A stretch of 35,856 nucleotides of DNA from a virus. Its lineage: Duplodnaviria; Caudoviricetes. The position numbers and the translations under genes were made by a program. Each line of letters starts with the position of its first letter. Position 1 is the first letter of the stretch. Below the pieces are notes generated by a model. It did not search any database, was not told where the DNA came from, and saw only the letters and a program-made list of their open reading frames with translations. This document shows positions 17,007 through 26,500 of the stretch, piece by piece. The stretch spans positions 1 through 35,856 of IMG/VR virus record IMGVR_UViG_3300037789_000045; one strand, given 5' to 3'.

Positions 17007-17627
17007 TTAACCCCACTGATCAGCCATAGCTTTAGCAACCCCTTTAAAAAATTTAGAACGCTTTTTTCCTGCATCTTTTGAAGTTCCGCTTATGCTATCA
17101 ACCAAGTATCTTTTCTTTCCGCTTTTATCTATGTAATTTGGTTCAGGTTTTTCTACGTGTGTTTTTTTACCAAACAAATCATCTTCTTTTTTGTGTTCCA
17201 AAGGCGGTAAATTTTTAAGCCATAAGCACGTTCTTTTCATTTCAGAATCGCCAAAATAATACGGATGAATAATTTGCGTGTGTTTCTCAATCACAGAATC
17301 AACAACGCCTACAGGGTTTTCTAAACAAATTTTTTCAATTGGTGCTTCCCAAACTCTTAAGAAAAAATCCAATGCTTCTAGGCGTTTTCTTGCGCGGCCT
17401 GGCCTGTTCCAATATGAAGTTGCAGCATATGTTAAATATGTGCATGGCGGGTGCGCTATCATCATATCCCACCCTTGATTTATAACTTCAAGCAAATCGC
17501 CTTTAATATGGTGTTGTCCATCAGCTTCAGTTTCTAAAATATCGCATGACCATGCATCATGCCCTTTAGCCCTAAAAGCATCACGAACGATTCCAGAATA
17601 TTCACAGCCTATTAAAATTTTCATCAA
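17007..17627 (-). CDS. Short DNA cytosine-C5 methyltransferase-like protein
   Basis: CEYSG, HPPC and ENP motifs. Confidence 0.8.
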   Translation of the reverse strand: MMKILIGCEYSGIVRDAFRAKGHDAWSCDILETEADGQHHIKGDLLEVINQGWDMMIAHPPCTYLTYAATSYWNRPGRARKRLEALDFFLRVWEAPIEKICLENPVGVVDSVIEKHTQIIHPYYFGDSEMKRTCLWLKNLPPLEHKKEDDLFGKKTHVEKPEPNYIDKSGKKRYLVDSISGTSKDAGKKRSKFFKGVAKAMADQWG

Positions 17628-18328
17628 AACAACTCCTCTTGCTTGTGCTTATCGGCCTCGGATAAGCGCTTAACAGCAACATCAAACCATTTCTCATCTA
17701 TTTCAATTCCAATAAATTTACGACCTGATTTAAGAGCGGCGACTCCCGTAGTCGCAACACCCATAAACGGATCAAAAACGGTTTCCCCAGGCTGTGTTGA
17801 GTTTTCAATATAGTGCTGCATAAGCAATACAGGCTTTTCCGTAGGGTGTTTTGTTTCATCTTTTTGAGGCATTTTTACAAGTTGCTTTGATGAGCAGTTG
17901 TTTATCGGAAAAGATGATTGTTTATAGAAGAATCCTATATATTCGCAATTCTTCATATACCAGCGGTTAGCTGTCATGCTTACCTTGTCCCATACAAGAA
18001 GATTGTGAAAAGAAAAACCCTCCGCGCTATGCGCGGTTAGCATTCCCTCAACATGGCGGTTGTTGCACATTATATACGCGTGCTTACCGCTTCTTAGCCA
18101 TGCGTAGTTAATAGCTGCTATCTCTTGCCATTCAATGTCACACTCAACTATACGACCATCATTTTTATAATCTTCGCCCATACGCTTATGAAGCCCGTCT
18201 TCAGTCGTACAACCGCCTTGCTCTAAAAGATACGGTGGATCTGATAAGAGCAAATCAACCTCTTGCGGGTCTACGTCACGCGCATCCCCGCAAAAGATTT
18301 TAAAGTTTTCACCTTCTTCTATACGCAT
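17624..18328 (-). CDS. Beta-class N6-adenine/N4-cytosine DNA methyltransferase
   Basis: DPPY precedes HPTEKP and DPFMG...G. Confidence 0.9.
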   Translation of the reverse strand: MRIEEGENFKIFCGDARDVDPQEVDLLLSDPPYLLEQGGCTTEDGLHKRMGEDYKNDGRIVECDIEWQEIAAINYAWLRSGKHAYIMCNNRHVEGMLTAHSAEGFSFHNLLVWDKVSMTANRWYMKNCEYIGFFYKQSSFPINNCSSKQLVKMPQKDETKHPTEKPVLLMQHYIENSTQPGETVFDPFMGVATTGVAALKSGRKFIGIEIDEKWFDVAVKRLSEADKHKQEELF

Positions 18329-18606
18329 TAAAGCATACCAACGGCAGTTTTATACAAATCAAGAAGCTCATCCGCTTCGCGGCGTTTTTCTGCGTCAAGC
18401 TTTCGAAGGCTTACAATCTTGCGAACAATCTTAGCGTCGAATCCTACGCCTTTAAGCTCGGCGTAAACTTCTTTTATGTCTTCTGCTAAGTGCGATTTTT
18501 CTTCCTCTAATCGCTCAATACGCTCAATAAAAGAGCGAAGCCTGTCGCCCGCTATACCGCCTATTTCACGAGTTTCACCTTTGTTTTCTGGATCGTTGTT
18601 TGTCAT
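18328..18606 (-). CDS. gapR: GapR/DUF2312 nucleoid-associated protein
   Basis: LRSFIERIERLEEEK...DIKEVYAE.KG.GFD.K. Confidence 0.93.
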   Translation of the reverse strand: MTNNDPENKGETREIGGIAGDRLRSFIERIERLEEEKSHLAEDIKEVYAELKGVGFDAKIVRKIVSLRKLDAEKRREADELLDLYKTAVGML

Positions 18607-18631
18607 CGTATTTACTCCTTTTGAAAATGTG

Positions 18632-18660
18632 TTGACTCAAGTTTTATAGCGTGCCATAAA
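18632..18660 (+). promoter_or_regulatory. TTGACTCAA-class promoter
   Basis: TTGACT-N17-CATAAA. Confidence 0.65.
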
Positions 18661-18697
18661 GAGAATGTAAATAGAACAAAGGAAGGAAATTTACAAA

Positions 18698-18799
18698 ATG
18701 ATTAGAGATTTTATCGCATTGGTTTTTGTGTTTGGTGTTATTGTGTACGGAATCCCTTTTGCGCATTTAGCCATAACGGGAGAATATCTATCATTCTAA
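18698..18799 (+). CDS. 33-aa hydrophobic membrane peptide
   Basis: AAGGAAGGA RBS; MIRDFIALVFVFGVIVYGIPFAHLAITGEYLSF. Confidence 0.65.
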   Translation: MIRDFIALVFVFGVIVYGIPFAHLAITGEYLSF

Positions 18800-18803
18800 C
18801 AGC

Positions 18804-18832
18804 AAAAGCCCCCGCACAAAGGCAGGGGCTTT
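18804..18832 (-). terminator. Intrinsic terminator, better formed on the minus strand
   Basis: AAAGCCCCUGC/GCGGGGGCUUUU with a U-G pair (C-A mismatch on plus). Confidence 0.7.
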
Positions 18833-18869
18833 AAATCCGATCCATCCAGAGGAAGCTGTATAAATCTGT
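18804..18869 (-). ncRNA. Candidate ~65-nt antisense sRNA
   Basis: Minus-strand TTGCCA-N17-TTTAAT (18904-18876) and minus-strand terminator 18804-18832; no ORF. Confidence 0.5.
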
Positions 18870-18897
18870 ATCAACATTAAAACATAAGGCTAATATC

Positions 18898-19107
18898 ATG
18901 GCAATAAAAAAAGTATTAGAAGCACGTAAGAAAAACGCACAACTAGACCGACTGCAGTCATACAAAACAGATATGCGGAAAGTTCTTGATCGTATGGAGG
19001 TTGAGGGCGATTGTCCCGTTTTGCACGAGCATATGCATTCATTTATTGGAGAGGTTGAATCAGAGATGATTGAAATTCTTGACGGTGGAATTGTCGAAAA
19101 GAAATAA
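18898..19107 (+). CDS. Hypothetical protein
   Basis: 69-aa ORF in early block. Confidence 0.6.
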   Translation: MAIKKVLEARKKNAQLDRLQSYKTDMRKVLDRMEVEGDCPVLHEHMHSFIGEVESEMIEILDGGIVEKK

Positions 19108-19109
19108 CT

Positions 19110-19310
19110 ATGCCTTACGTTATCTTTAAAGAAAAAATGTTAGACCGCATCGCTCATTTATTTATGGACGGTAAGACAGTACCGCAAATAAGAGGCGTTA
19201 TGACGCTTGAATATGGGAGGCCTAACAGAGTCTTTACAGAAAAAAACATTCAAAAGGAATTAGATGATATGGGCTTTAGCGAAGAGGATATTTTAAAAAG
19301 TGAACACTAA
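19110..19310 (+). CDS. Small HTH protein, loosely GcrA DNA-binding-domain-like
   Basis: LFMDGKTVPQI...T...I...L..MG aligns by eye with GcrA LWLDGLSASQI...TRNAV...LG. Confidence 0.45.
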   Translation: MPYVIFKEKMLDRIAHLFMDGKTVPQIRGVMTLEYGRPNRVFTEKNIQKELDDMGFSEEDILKSEH

Positions 19311-19563
19311 GACGACAACAGAATTAATGCGCATTAAAGATCAAGTGCAGAAAAGCAATGATGCCGCTGAAATAAAAGATCTGATGGAAACAGCTGCTTC
19401 ATTCTATGAATTTATTAAATCTTTAAGGTTTCAGACAGAAAACACAGATATATTCACATCTGGTCTTACCAAAGATTTTAAATTAGACCTATTAACTATA
19501 GGCGCTTTAGCTGCTCAAATCGAAGAAGAGGCTAAAGAAAGGTTGACTCAAGTGCCTGAATAA
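19300..19563 (+). CDS. Hypothetical protein
   Basis: GTG start with GAGG RBS. Confidence 0.6.
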   Translation: MNTKTTTELMRIKDQVQKSNDAAEIKDLMETAASFYEFIKSLRFQTENTDIFTSGLTKDFKLDLLTIGALAAQIEEEAKERLTQVPE

Positions 19564-19572
19564 GTTTTTAAT
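19543..19572 (+). promoter_or_regulatory. TTGACTCAA-class promoter of recE-like gene
   Basis: TTGACT-N18-TTTAAT. Confidence 0.6.
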
Positions 19573-19598
19573 AACGATCTAAATAGAAAGAGGAAGCT

Positions 19599-20486
19599 AT
19601 GGATCAAGAAAAGTACGGCCTTTTTAAGGGCATGAATGATATTACATACCACTTTGAGCGCGATGAAATTTCAAACTCAGCGCTAAAAGTTATTCATAAG
19701 AAAACACTTGCACATTATTATTATCAGTTCCTAGACCCTGATCATAAAGCAGAGCGGCTTGCAGAAAAGCTTGCTGTTATGAGCGGTGAGAATACTAAAA
19801 AATCACACTTGCGTTTCGGTGACTGTTTCCACGTCATGTTACTTGAGCCTGATCACTTTAAAGAAAAGGTTGTTCTTTGGAACGGACTCCCCCGCAATAC
19901 AAAAGCAGGCAAGGAAGCCTTTGCCGAAGCCCTTCAGCAGCTTAAGCCTGGCATGAGAACTATGACAGAGCAAGAATATAAGGATGCAAAGCTTATGTGT
20001 TCTTCTGTCATGAGCTTGTCAAAAGCACGCGCCTTTCTTGAAAAGGAAGGTGATGCCGAGCTTAGTTTTTTTTGGCGCGATGAGGTGCATGAAGTTGATT
20101 GTAAAGCTCGCATGGATTTTGTGACACAAGACGGTTTTATTGTCGATGTTAAGACTGCGGCAAATGCTGATCACGAAACCTTTAGGAAGGATGCTTTTAA
20201 TTTTGGGTATTACATGCAAGCCGCTTTTTATATGCGGGCTTATGCCGCTGTGATGGGCAAAGAGGCGCAAGGCTTTTGTTTTGTTGTTGTTGAGAAAGAG
20301 CAGCCCTTTGGCGCTGCTCCTTACTACGCAACAGAAGAGGAAATTATGCTAGGCAATTACCACCTTGATCAAGCTCTTGAAAAATATGCAGAAGCTAAAA
20401 AGCGAGGATCTTGGCCAGCCTATGAAGATAAGTTTGTAGCTTTAGGCTTGCCGCCATGGGGCATGAAAATGTTGGAGGAGGGTTAG
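19599..20486 (+). CDS. recE: RecE/exonuclease VIII-like PD-(D/E)XK nuclease (DUF3799-like)
   Basis: ISNS.LK, FG..FH...LEP, CKARMD, DVKT, Y.MQAAFY. Confidence 0.9.
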   Translation: MDQEKYGLFKGMNDITYHFERDEISNSALKVIHKKTLAHYYYQFLDPDHKAERLAEKLAVMSGENTKKSHLRFGDCFHVMLLEPDHFKEKVVLWNGLPRNTKAGKEAFAEALQQLKPGMRTMTEQEYKDAKLMCSSVMSLSKARAFLEKEGDAELSFFWRDEVHEVDCKARMDFVTQDGFIVDVKTAANADHETFRKDAFNFGYYMQAAFYMRAYAAVMGKEAQGFCFVVVEKEQPFGAAPYYATEEEIMLGNYHLDQALEKYAEAKKRGSWPAYEDKFVALGLPPWGMKMLEEG

Positions 20487-20488
20487 TT

Positions 20489-20920
20489 ATGGTTGCTTTT
20501 AATTTTAAAAAAGAATTTGTTAGCAAAATTAAAACAGGCGTAAAAACGCAGACAATAAGACAAAAACAAAGATGTAAACCGCTTGATAAAATGCAAATTT
20601 ATACAGGTCAAAGAACAAAAGAATGCAAAAAAATTGGCGAGTATCAATGCATGTTTGTTTGGAAAATTGGCATAATGAAAGAAGAAATAAAGGGGAAAAC
20701 AAGAAAAATAATACAAATTACAAAACCAAAAAACGGTCATTTTTCACAATACATAGAAGGTATTACTGACAAAGATTGTGAAAATATTGAGTCTTTTGCC
20801 GTTTTAGATGGTTTTGATGATTCTGATTCATTATTTGATTTTTTTGAAAAAACATACGGATTGCCTTTTATTGGCTACCTTCATAAATGGATGTGGACAA
20901 AAGAAGGAACAACAAAATGA
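20489..20920 (+). CDS. ASCH domain protein
   Basis: F...F...I..G.KTQTIR...FA..DGF. Confidence 0.85.
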   Translation: MVAFNFKKEFVSKIKTGVKTQTIRQKQRCKPLDKMQIYTGQRTKECKKIGEYQCMFVWKIGIMKEEIKGKTRKIIQITKPKNGHFSQYIEGITDKDCENIESFAVLDGFDDSDSLFDFFEKTYGLPFIGYLHKWMWTKEGTTK

Positions 20921-21309
20921 AAATTCATTGTTGCCAATGCAAAGAAAAAGTTGATGCGCGTTTAACGGATGGTTCGGAAATTTATCCGCATAGGCCTGAT
21001 CTTGAAATTATTCCTTTTTGGAAGTGTGACACATGCGGCAATCATGTCGGTTGTCACCACAAGACCAGCAACCCAACGCAACCACTAGGTTGTATTCCAA
21101 GTGCAGAAATTAAAAAAGCAAGAAGCCATATACATAAAATCCTAGATCCATTGTGGAAATATATGGGGCATAAAAGGCATAAGGTTTACAAGTGTATTTC
21201 AAATGAAATCGGGTGGCGGTATCACACTGCGCAAATAAGAACAATTGAAGAGGCAAGAGAGATTTACAAAATTATCATGAAGATTCACACAGGGGAGTTA
21301 AGGCCATGA
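20917..21309 (+). CDS. Zinc-finger protein (DUF3268-like)
   Basis: CxxC...G.EIYPHR...W.C..C...VGCH...PLG. Confidence 0.8.
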   Translation: MKIHCCQCKEKVDARLTDGSEIYPHRPDLEIIPFWKCDTCGNHVGCHHKTSNPTQPLGCIPSAEIKKARSHIHKILDPLWKYMGHKRHKVYKCISNEIGWRYHTAQIRTIEEAREIYKIIMKIHTGELRP

Positions 21310-21683
21310 TTAGCGCGTATGAAACACCAGCATTTGAAAAAGAATTACTAAAGCTTGCACATGAAAGCGGAAACAAAAGACTTTTAAAGCTTTGCTTGAA
21401 TATGGTGAACAGAAACAAGGTTTTAACATATGCAAACTCTAAGCTTTTATTAGGGGTTGCGCCCCCTGAATGGGGTGACTCGGCTGCGTATAAGCAGCAA
21501 GTTCAAATGCTCGGTAAACAGGTTAGAAAAATGGCAAGGGAATATATGAGGGCAATGAATGAAATTAATGAGCAGTCTAACGGGCGATACATTGGATACC
21601 ATAGACAGGCAAAAATAAGGTTATCCGAAGTTGAAAACTTTTTTATTAATCACAAATTACCCCCTGTATACCCAAAGCATTAG
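21306..21683 (+). CDS. Hypothetical protein
   Basis: ATGA overlap, GGAG RBS. Confidence 0.7.
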   Translation: MISAYETPAFEKELLKLAHESGNKRLLKLCLNMVNRNKVLTYANSKLLLGVAPPEWGDSAAYKQQVQMLGKQVRKMAREYMRAMNEINEQSNGRYIGYHRQAKIRLSEVENFFINHKLPPVYPKH

Positions 21684-21712
21684 TTGACTCAACAATAAAG
21701 CAAGGGTACATT
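21684..21712 (+). promoter_or_regulatory. TTGACTCAA-class promoter of recT
   Basis: TTGACT-N17-TACATT. Confidence 0.7.
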
Positions 21713-21734
21713 GTGGGAACATATGGAGGAAGAC

Positions 21735-22802
21735 ATGAATCAATCAACTGCTTTAAGCCCGCAGCAGCAGGGCTATAATAACATCTCTACAGCCTTACGC
21801 TCAGAAAAGGCTGTCAATAGAATTTCAGCCGCTCTTGGTATCGACTTACAAGATGAGAACGCCAAAGCTGAGGTTGTCCCTTACACGTCCTCGGTTCTCA
21901 TGGAAATTGAACGGAACTTTGGTGATTCAAAGAAAGACCTTTCAACCTGCCAGCCTGAATCTATTGTGCAGTGCGTTGTCGATGCAGCCCGCATGAAGAT
22001 ATTCATTGATAACAGGCAACACGCGCACCTTGTTAAATACGGAAACAAGGCGACATTGCAAATCGGTTACAGGGGTTATGTTCACAAGATTAAGGAGCAT
22101 TTTCCCGATGCTGATTTTTCTTATGGTGCAATCTATGAGGGTGACACTTTTAAGATTAATTCACAAGACGGTTTTGATCATTACACATTAGATAAGGCCG
22201 ATGCATTTGAAGATGATGAAAACAAGCTTAAAGGTATTTTTGTTGCTATTTCTTATACACTTGGCGGGGTTCCAAAGCAAAAGGTAACAACACTTTCAAA
22301 GGCTATGATTACTAAAATAAGAAGCAGCGCAAAGCAGGACTATATATGGAAGTCATGGTTTATTGAAAAGGCTATAGCGGCAGCAATTAAACGCGCTTGC
22401 AAGGTTCATTTTGCTTCTATTAAAGAATTAAAGGCTGTAGCGGATTTTGATAATGAAGCGCACTTCAAGCCCTTCAACAATCAAACACCAACAACAAAGG
22501 CAAGCAACCCGTTTGAGACAATGAATAAAATCGCGCAAGGCGAAGATATTATTGAACAGGAAGCCGAGACACCTGAAGAGAGCGCTAAAGATATTGACCC
22601 TCCAAAGGATTTGTTTGATCAACACGGAAAGATTGATATTAAAAAAGCCATTCAAGATGCTGTTGAGAACATCAATGATCAAGAAAGCTATACCGCATTT
22701 TTATTAGAGTTTGAGGAGGATTTGACAACTCTTAGCGAAGAAGAACAGGCATCTATTAAGATCCGCCTCAAAGAAATACAAGAAGGACTAGGAATAACAT
22801 GA
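21735..22802 (+). CDS. recT: RecT-family single-strand annealing recombinase
   Basis: C.PESI...AHLV.Y...ATLQIGYRG...YEGD.F; start moved to ATG after GGAGG. Confidence 0.9.
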   Translation: MNQSTALSPQQQGYNNISTALRSEKAVNRISAALGIDLQDENAKAEVVPYTSSVLMEIERNFGDSKKDLSTCQPESIVQCVVDAARMKIFIDNRQHAHLVKYGNKATLQIGYRGYVHKIKEHFPDADFSYGAIYEGDTFKINSQDGFDHYTLDKADAFEDDENKLKGIFVAISYTLGGVPKQKVTTLSKAMITKIRSSAKQDYIWKSWFIEKAIAAAIKRACKVHFASIKELKAVADFDNEAHFKPFNNQTPTTKASNPFETMNKIAQGEDIIEQEAETPEESAKDIDPPKDLFDQHGKIDIKKAIQDAVENINDQESYTAFLLEFEEDLTTLSEEEQASIKIRLKEIQEGLGIT

Positions 22803-23023
22803 GCGAAAAGAAGCCACTAACAAAAGTACAAAAAGAAGTTTTTGATTACGTCAAAGGTTTTATCAGGGAAAATGGAATTTCCCCTTGCATGAGAGAGATT
22901 CAGCAAGGCTTAGATTATGAATCTACTTCGCCCGTTCATAAGCACGTCCAGACTCTTTGTAAAAAAGGTTATTTGAAAAAAACGCCTAAAGTTTGGCGCG
23001 GTATAGAAGTTTTAGAGGCGTAG
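22799..23023 (+). CDS. LexA-type winged-HTH DNA-binding domain only (no peptidase)
   Basis: LT..Q..V..Y......G.SP..REI...L...STS.VH.H...L..KGY...RGI. Confidence 0.85.
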   Translation: MSEKKPLTKVQKEVFDYVKGFIRENGISPCMREIQQGLDYESTSPVHKHVQTLCKKGYLKKTPKVWRGIEVLEA

Positions 23024-23031
23024 AATTAGCC

Positions 23032-23307
23032 ATGAAAATACTGATTTTAGCTTTTATATTGGTGCTTCTGCCAACAGCCTCTTATTCAAAAACAAAGGCC
23101 GAGCTACCAGCAAGTTTCTCAACAGCTCCGCAAGCTGTTATTGATTGGTACTTATGCCAAAAAACGGGGGAGCGTTGCATAGCATCGCAAAGCGCTAATA
23201 ATTGCTATATAGAAAGTATTCCTTGTGATGAGATGATAATTGAAAGCGATAATGAAAAAAAGGGCGACTCGCAAGCCACCCTTTTAAAAATCAAAAACAC
23301 CGAATAA
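23032..23307 (+). CDS. Small exported Cys-containing protein
   Basis: MKILILAFILVLLPTASYS signal-like N-terminus; four Cys. Confidence 0.55.
   Translation: MKILILAFILVLLPTASYSKTKAELPASFSTAPQAVIDWYLCQKTGERCIASQSANNCYIESIPCDEMIIESDNEKKGDSQATLLKIKNTE
23255..23285 (-). terminator. Terminator of the late lysis/spike operon
   Basis: GGGUGGCU-UGCG-AGUCGCCC-U7 on the minus strand. Confidence 0.8.
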
Positions 23308-23309
23308 TT

Positions 23310-23528
23310 TTATTCAGGTACGTTACTTAGCGTAATTGAGTCCGTCATAGGCTCAAAAGATGCCATTGTAAAAGATGATGAGTATACACCGAGGCGGGCA
23401 GGATCTGGGCTGGCGATAACCATGCCTTCACCAGCTTGCTTAAAGTATACATGTTCTTGTGTTGTGCCGTTATACTCAACACGAGGGTAAGCGTAAGTAG
23501 GGGGATTTACGGAAGCAGTTGTAGACAT
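23310..23528 (-). CDS. Hypothetical protein
   Basis: AAAGGAG RBS; last gene of late operon. Confidence 0.75.
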   Translation of the reverse strand: MSTTASVNPPTYAYPRVEYNGTTQEHVYFKQAGEGMVIASPDPARLGVYSSSFTMASFEPMTDSITLSNVPE

Positions 23529-23574
23529 TTTTTTTCTCCTTTATGTCATGTTAGCTGTAAGTTACTCAGTAAAA

Positions 23575-26500
23575 CTAATTGCTCCAGGGGGTGTTATCAT
23601 TAGCGTATGTTCTTGCGGCAACCAAATCAGAATCTGAAATAGCTCTATCAATAATAGCCATTCCGTAAAGCCTTGCACCCGTTGCCCCTGTTGTTCCTGT
23701 GTCAGTGGCTAAGATACCAATATTAGAAGTGGCGTTATCTGTATTCGTTCCTATGGCAGTACCACTTGTGAAGCTTGTAGCGTTCATAGAATAGCTCAAG
23801 GCTGTACCACTCTGCTTAATAGCTATTAAGTAATCTGTGCTTGCACTCAACGCGCCCATATTTGTGTTCTTGAATGTACCCGCACCATCAGCAACACGCA
23901 CCTCCATATTGCCAGAAACAGACAAAATACGGAAATCAGGATCACCGCTTGCCGCGCTGTCAACATTCACATAGAACGCTGTTCCGATACTTGACGGCGT
24001 TCTAAGTGCGATAATGTATGTTACGTCTTGGTCTGAGCGTACAAGCCTATTCCATATCGTTGCAGTTGCGGCATCGTTTTTAGAAACCAAGTAATCACCC
24101 GCGTCAGTGGCTTCTATATATCCTGAACTTGTACCGCTTCCCGATATTGTAACATCATCAGAAGACCCGCTGTCGTTACCATTCCAGAAATCAAGGTTAG
24201 TGTCGCCGCTGTATTCCGCAATAGTCTGCGTTGTGTCATTCGCAACTGAATCCGTTAAGTGTACCCACCATTCAACAACACTATCGCCGCTAAACTCAGA
24301 TAGGCCAGCAAGTCCTGTAGCGCCAGCTGAAGCCGCTGCAATAGTTCCTGTAGCTGCACTTTCCGCTGTGGCAGCGCCTTCTGAGTTGGTTGCTGTAACA
24401 TCACAAGTTAGTGTGTCCCCCTCGTCGGTTGCATCGACAAGATAAGTTGAAGATGTAGCACCCGATATATCGACTCCCGTATTTTCCCATTGATATGTGT
24501 ATGTCGGAGTCGGGAATCCTGACCATGTACCAGTTGAGCAGGAAAGTGTCTCTCCAACCTGTTCAGTCCCAGAAATAACAGGAAGCACAGAGTTAACAGG
24601 GGCTGAGTTTTCAGGGTCAATAGTGCCTGTGGCTGCTGTCTCTGCTGTGGCAGAGCCTTCTGCATTTGTACCAGTCACTTCGCACGTAATAGTTTCGCCA
24701 ACATCAGCAGCCGCAAGAAGATATGTATTAGAAGTTGCGCCTGATATGTTCACCCCGCCGCGCTGCCATTGATACGTAATCGATGGTGCCGGGTATCCTG
24801 TCCATGTCCCGTCTGTAACAGAAAGGGTTTCGCCTTGCTGTTCTGTGCCAGATATAACGGGAAGAACAGTATTAACAGGTGCTACATATTCTTGCTCAAT
24901 AATGCCTGTGGCTGCGCTTTCCGCCTCAACAGCCCCCGCAATATTTGTTGCCGTTACAACGCAAGTAATAGTTTCGCCAACATCAGCAACAGCTAATAAA
25001 TATGTGCTGCTTGTTTCACCAGATATATCTACCCCTGACCGTTCCCATCCATAAGCATATGTTGGAGTCGGCGTTCCGCTCCATGTGCCAGTTGAGCAGG
25101 TGAGTGTTTCGCCTTGCCTTTCGGTTCCTGTTATCACAGGAAGAACTGAATTCGAAGGCGCTACCGTGGTAACTGTCTGTTGAATCGCTGTATTTTTTTG
25201 CAAAGGAAGATCATTCGCATCAGCCAAGATATTAGAAAGCGTTGCATTTCTAAATGTTGTGTTCATGGCATTGAGGGTAATAACCTCATTACCTACAAGC
25301 GTATATCCGTTTGTACGCGCTCTAATTCTATCATTAGATTTTTCTAATACAGCATAAGAAGCATTATAAAGTGTTCCATCAACATCAAATGTAAACATGT
25401 CAGTCTCAAGCGATGCAGCGTCTGCTTGAGAAATTGCGTTTCCATCGTCCAAGGTATAATTGACATAGATTTGATTGCTATCAATATCAAAAGTCATTGA
25501 GCTAACAGACGCGCCAACAGTGCCGCCTGTGCTTCGCTTACCTTCAAGAGCAGCGATTCTTTCGCCAACATCTGCCCAGTAGTCCCCCGCCCCATCGTCA
25601 TCTAGGTGAGTATCATCTCTGTATGATTTGTTAACGTAAGAGGGGATAAAGTAAGCCTCATTATCCGCTAGCAGTTCACTTTCAATCTGTCCGTATTCTC
25701 GATAGCCAGTAAATTCAGTTGAGTTTGTATCAGCACCAACAGGGCTGATACCTATCTTGGCATTACTAAAATCTGACTCAAGAATACCAAGGAATGCATT
25801 GTATGAAGTTTTAACCTCAGCCTTTGTAGAGCTTCCTGCATCAATGCCAGCCGCGTCTGTATTACCGATAACAATCGGAATAAAATCAATTTCAGAATTT
25901 ACTAACCCTGCCGCAGTAACATTCGTTGTTATTTGCGCCGTATAATCTGTGGATTTAGCATCGCTTGAATTCAGGTAAGAGCCAGCAGCCCCAGCATTAT
26001 CAGCATTAATAGAGATTCCAGCCTTAGCACCGTCAATAACTGTGAGCTTGCCGTAATATTCAAAGAGTGTTTCTTTTAATGTATCAATTCCGATAGTGGG
26101 ATCAGTCAAATTAACATCATTAAACATGTAATCGGCAACAGACTGACCGAGAACCAATATATTCAAATCAAGATCATCTGAAGCGCCGTATATTGTGCCA
26201 AAATCTGTAGCATCACCGCTAAAGCTTCCAAGGCTTACAATATGCCCTCCAGAAGTCCTATATCGGTCATAAGTAGACCCTGCTGATCGAGAATTTTGAA
26301 TCCAAACAATAGACGGGCTATTATCATTATAGGTTCCTGTTTGAAAATTAGAATCTCCTGAACTTGTGCCGTTACTGTTGTGAGCATAAATATCATAATT
26401 CCAAGACTTAGCCCCTAGAACATCGACCATATTCGGGCCATAGTTTGCGGTATATTCGCTGCCTACTCGAATACCTACAGCCTCATCATGTGCCGTACTT

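Noticed and set aside
24325-25161. CRISPR array or DGR template/variable repeats
   Set aside because: Degenerate in-frame protein domain repeats; no spacers, no reverse transcriptase gene, differences not adenine-specific
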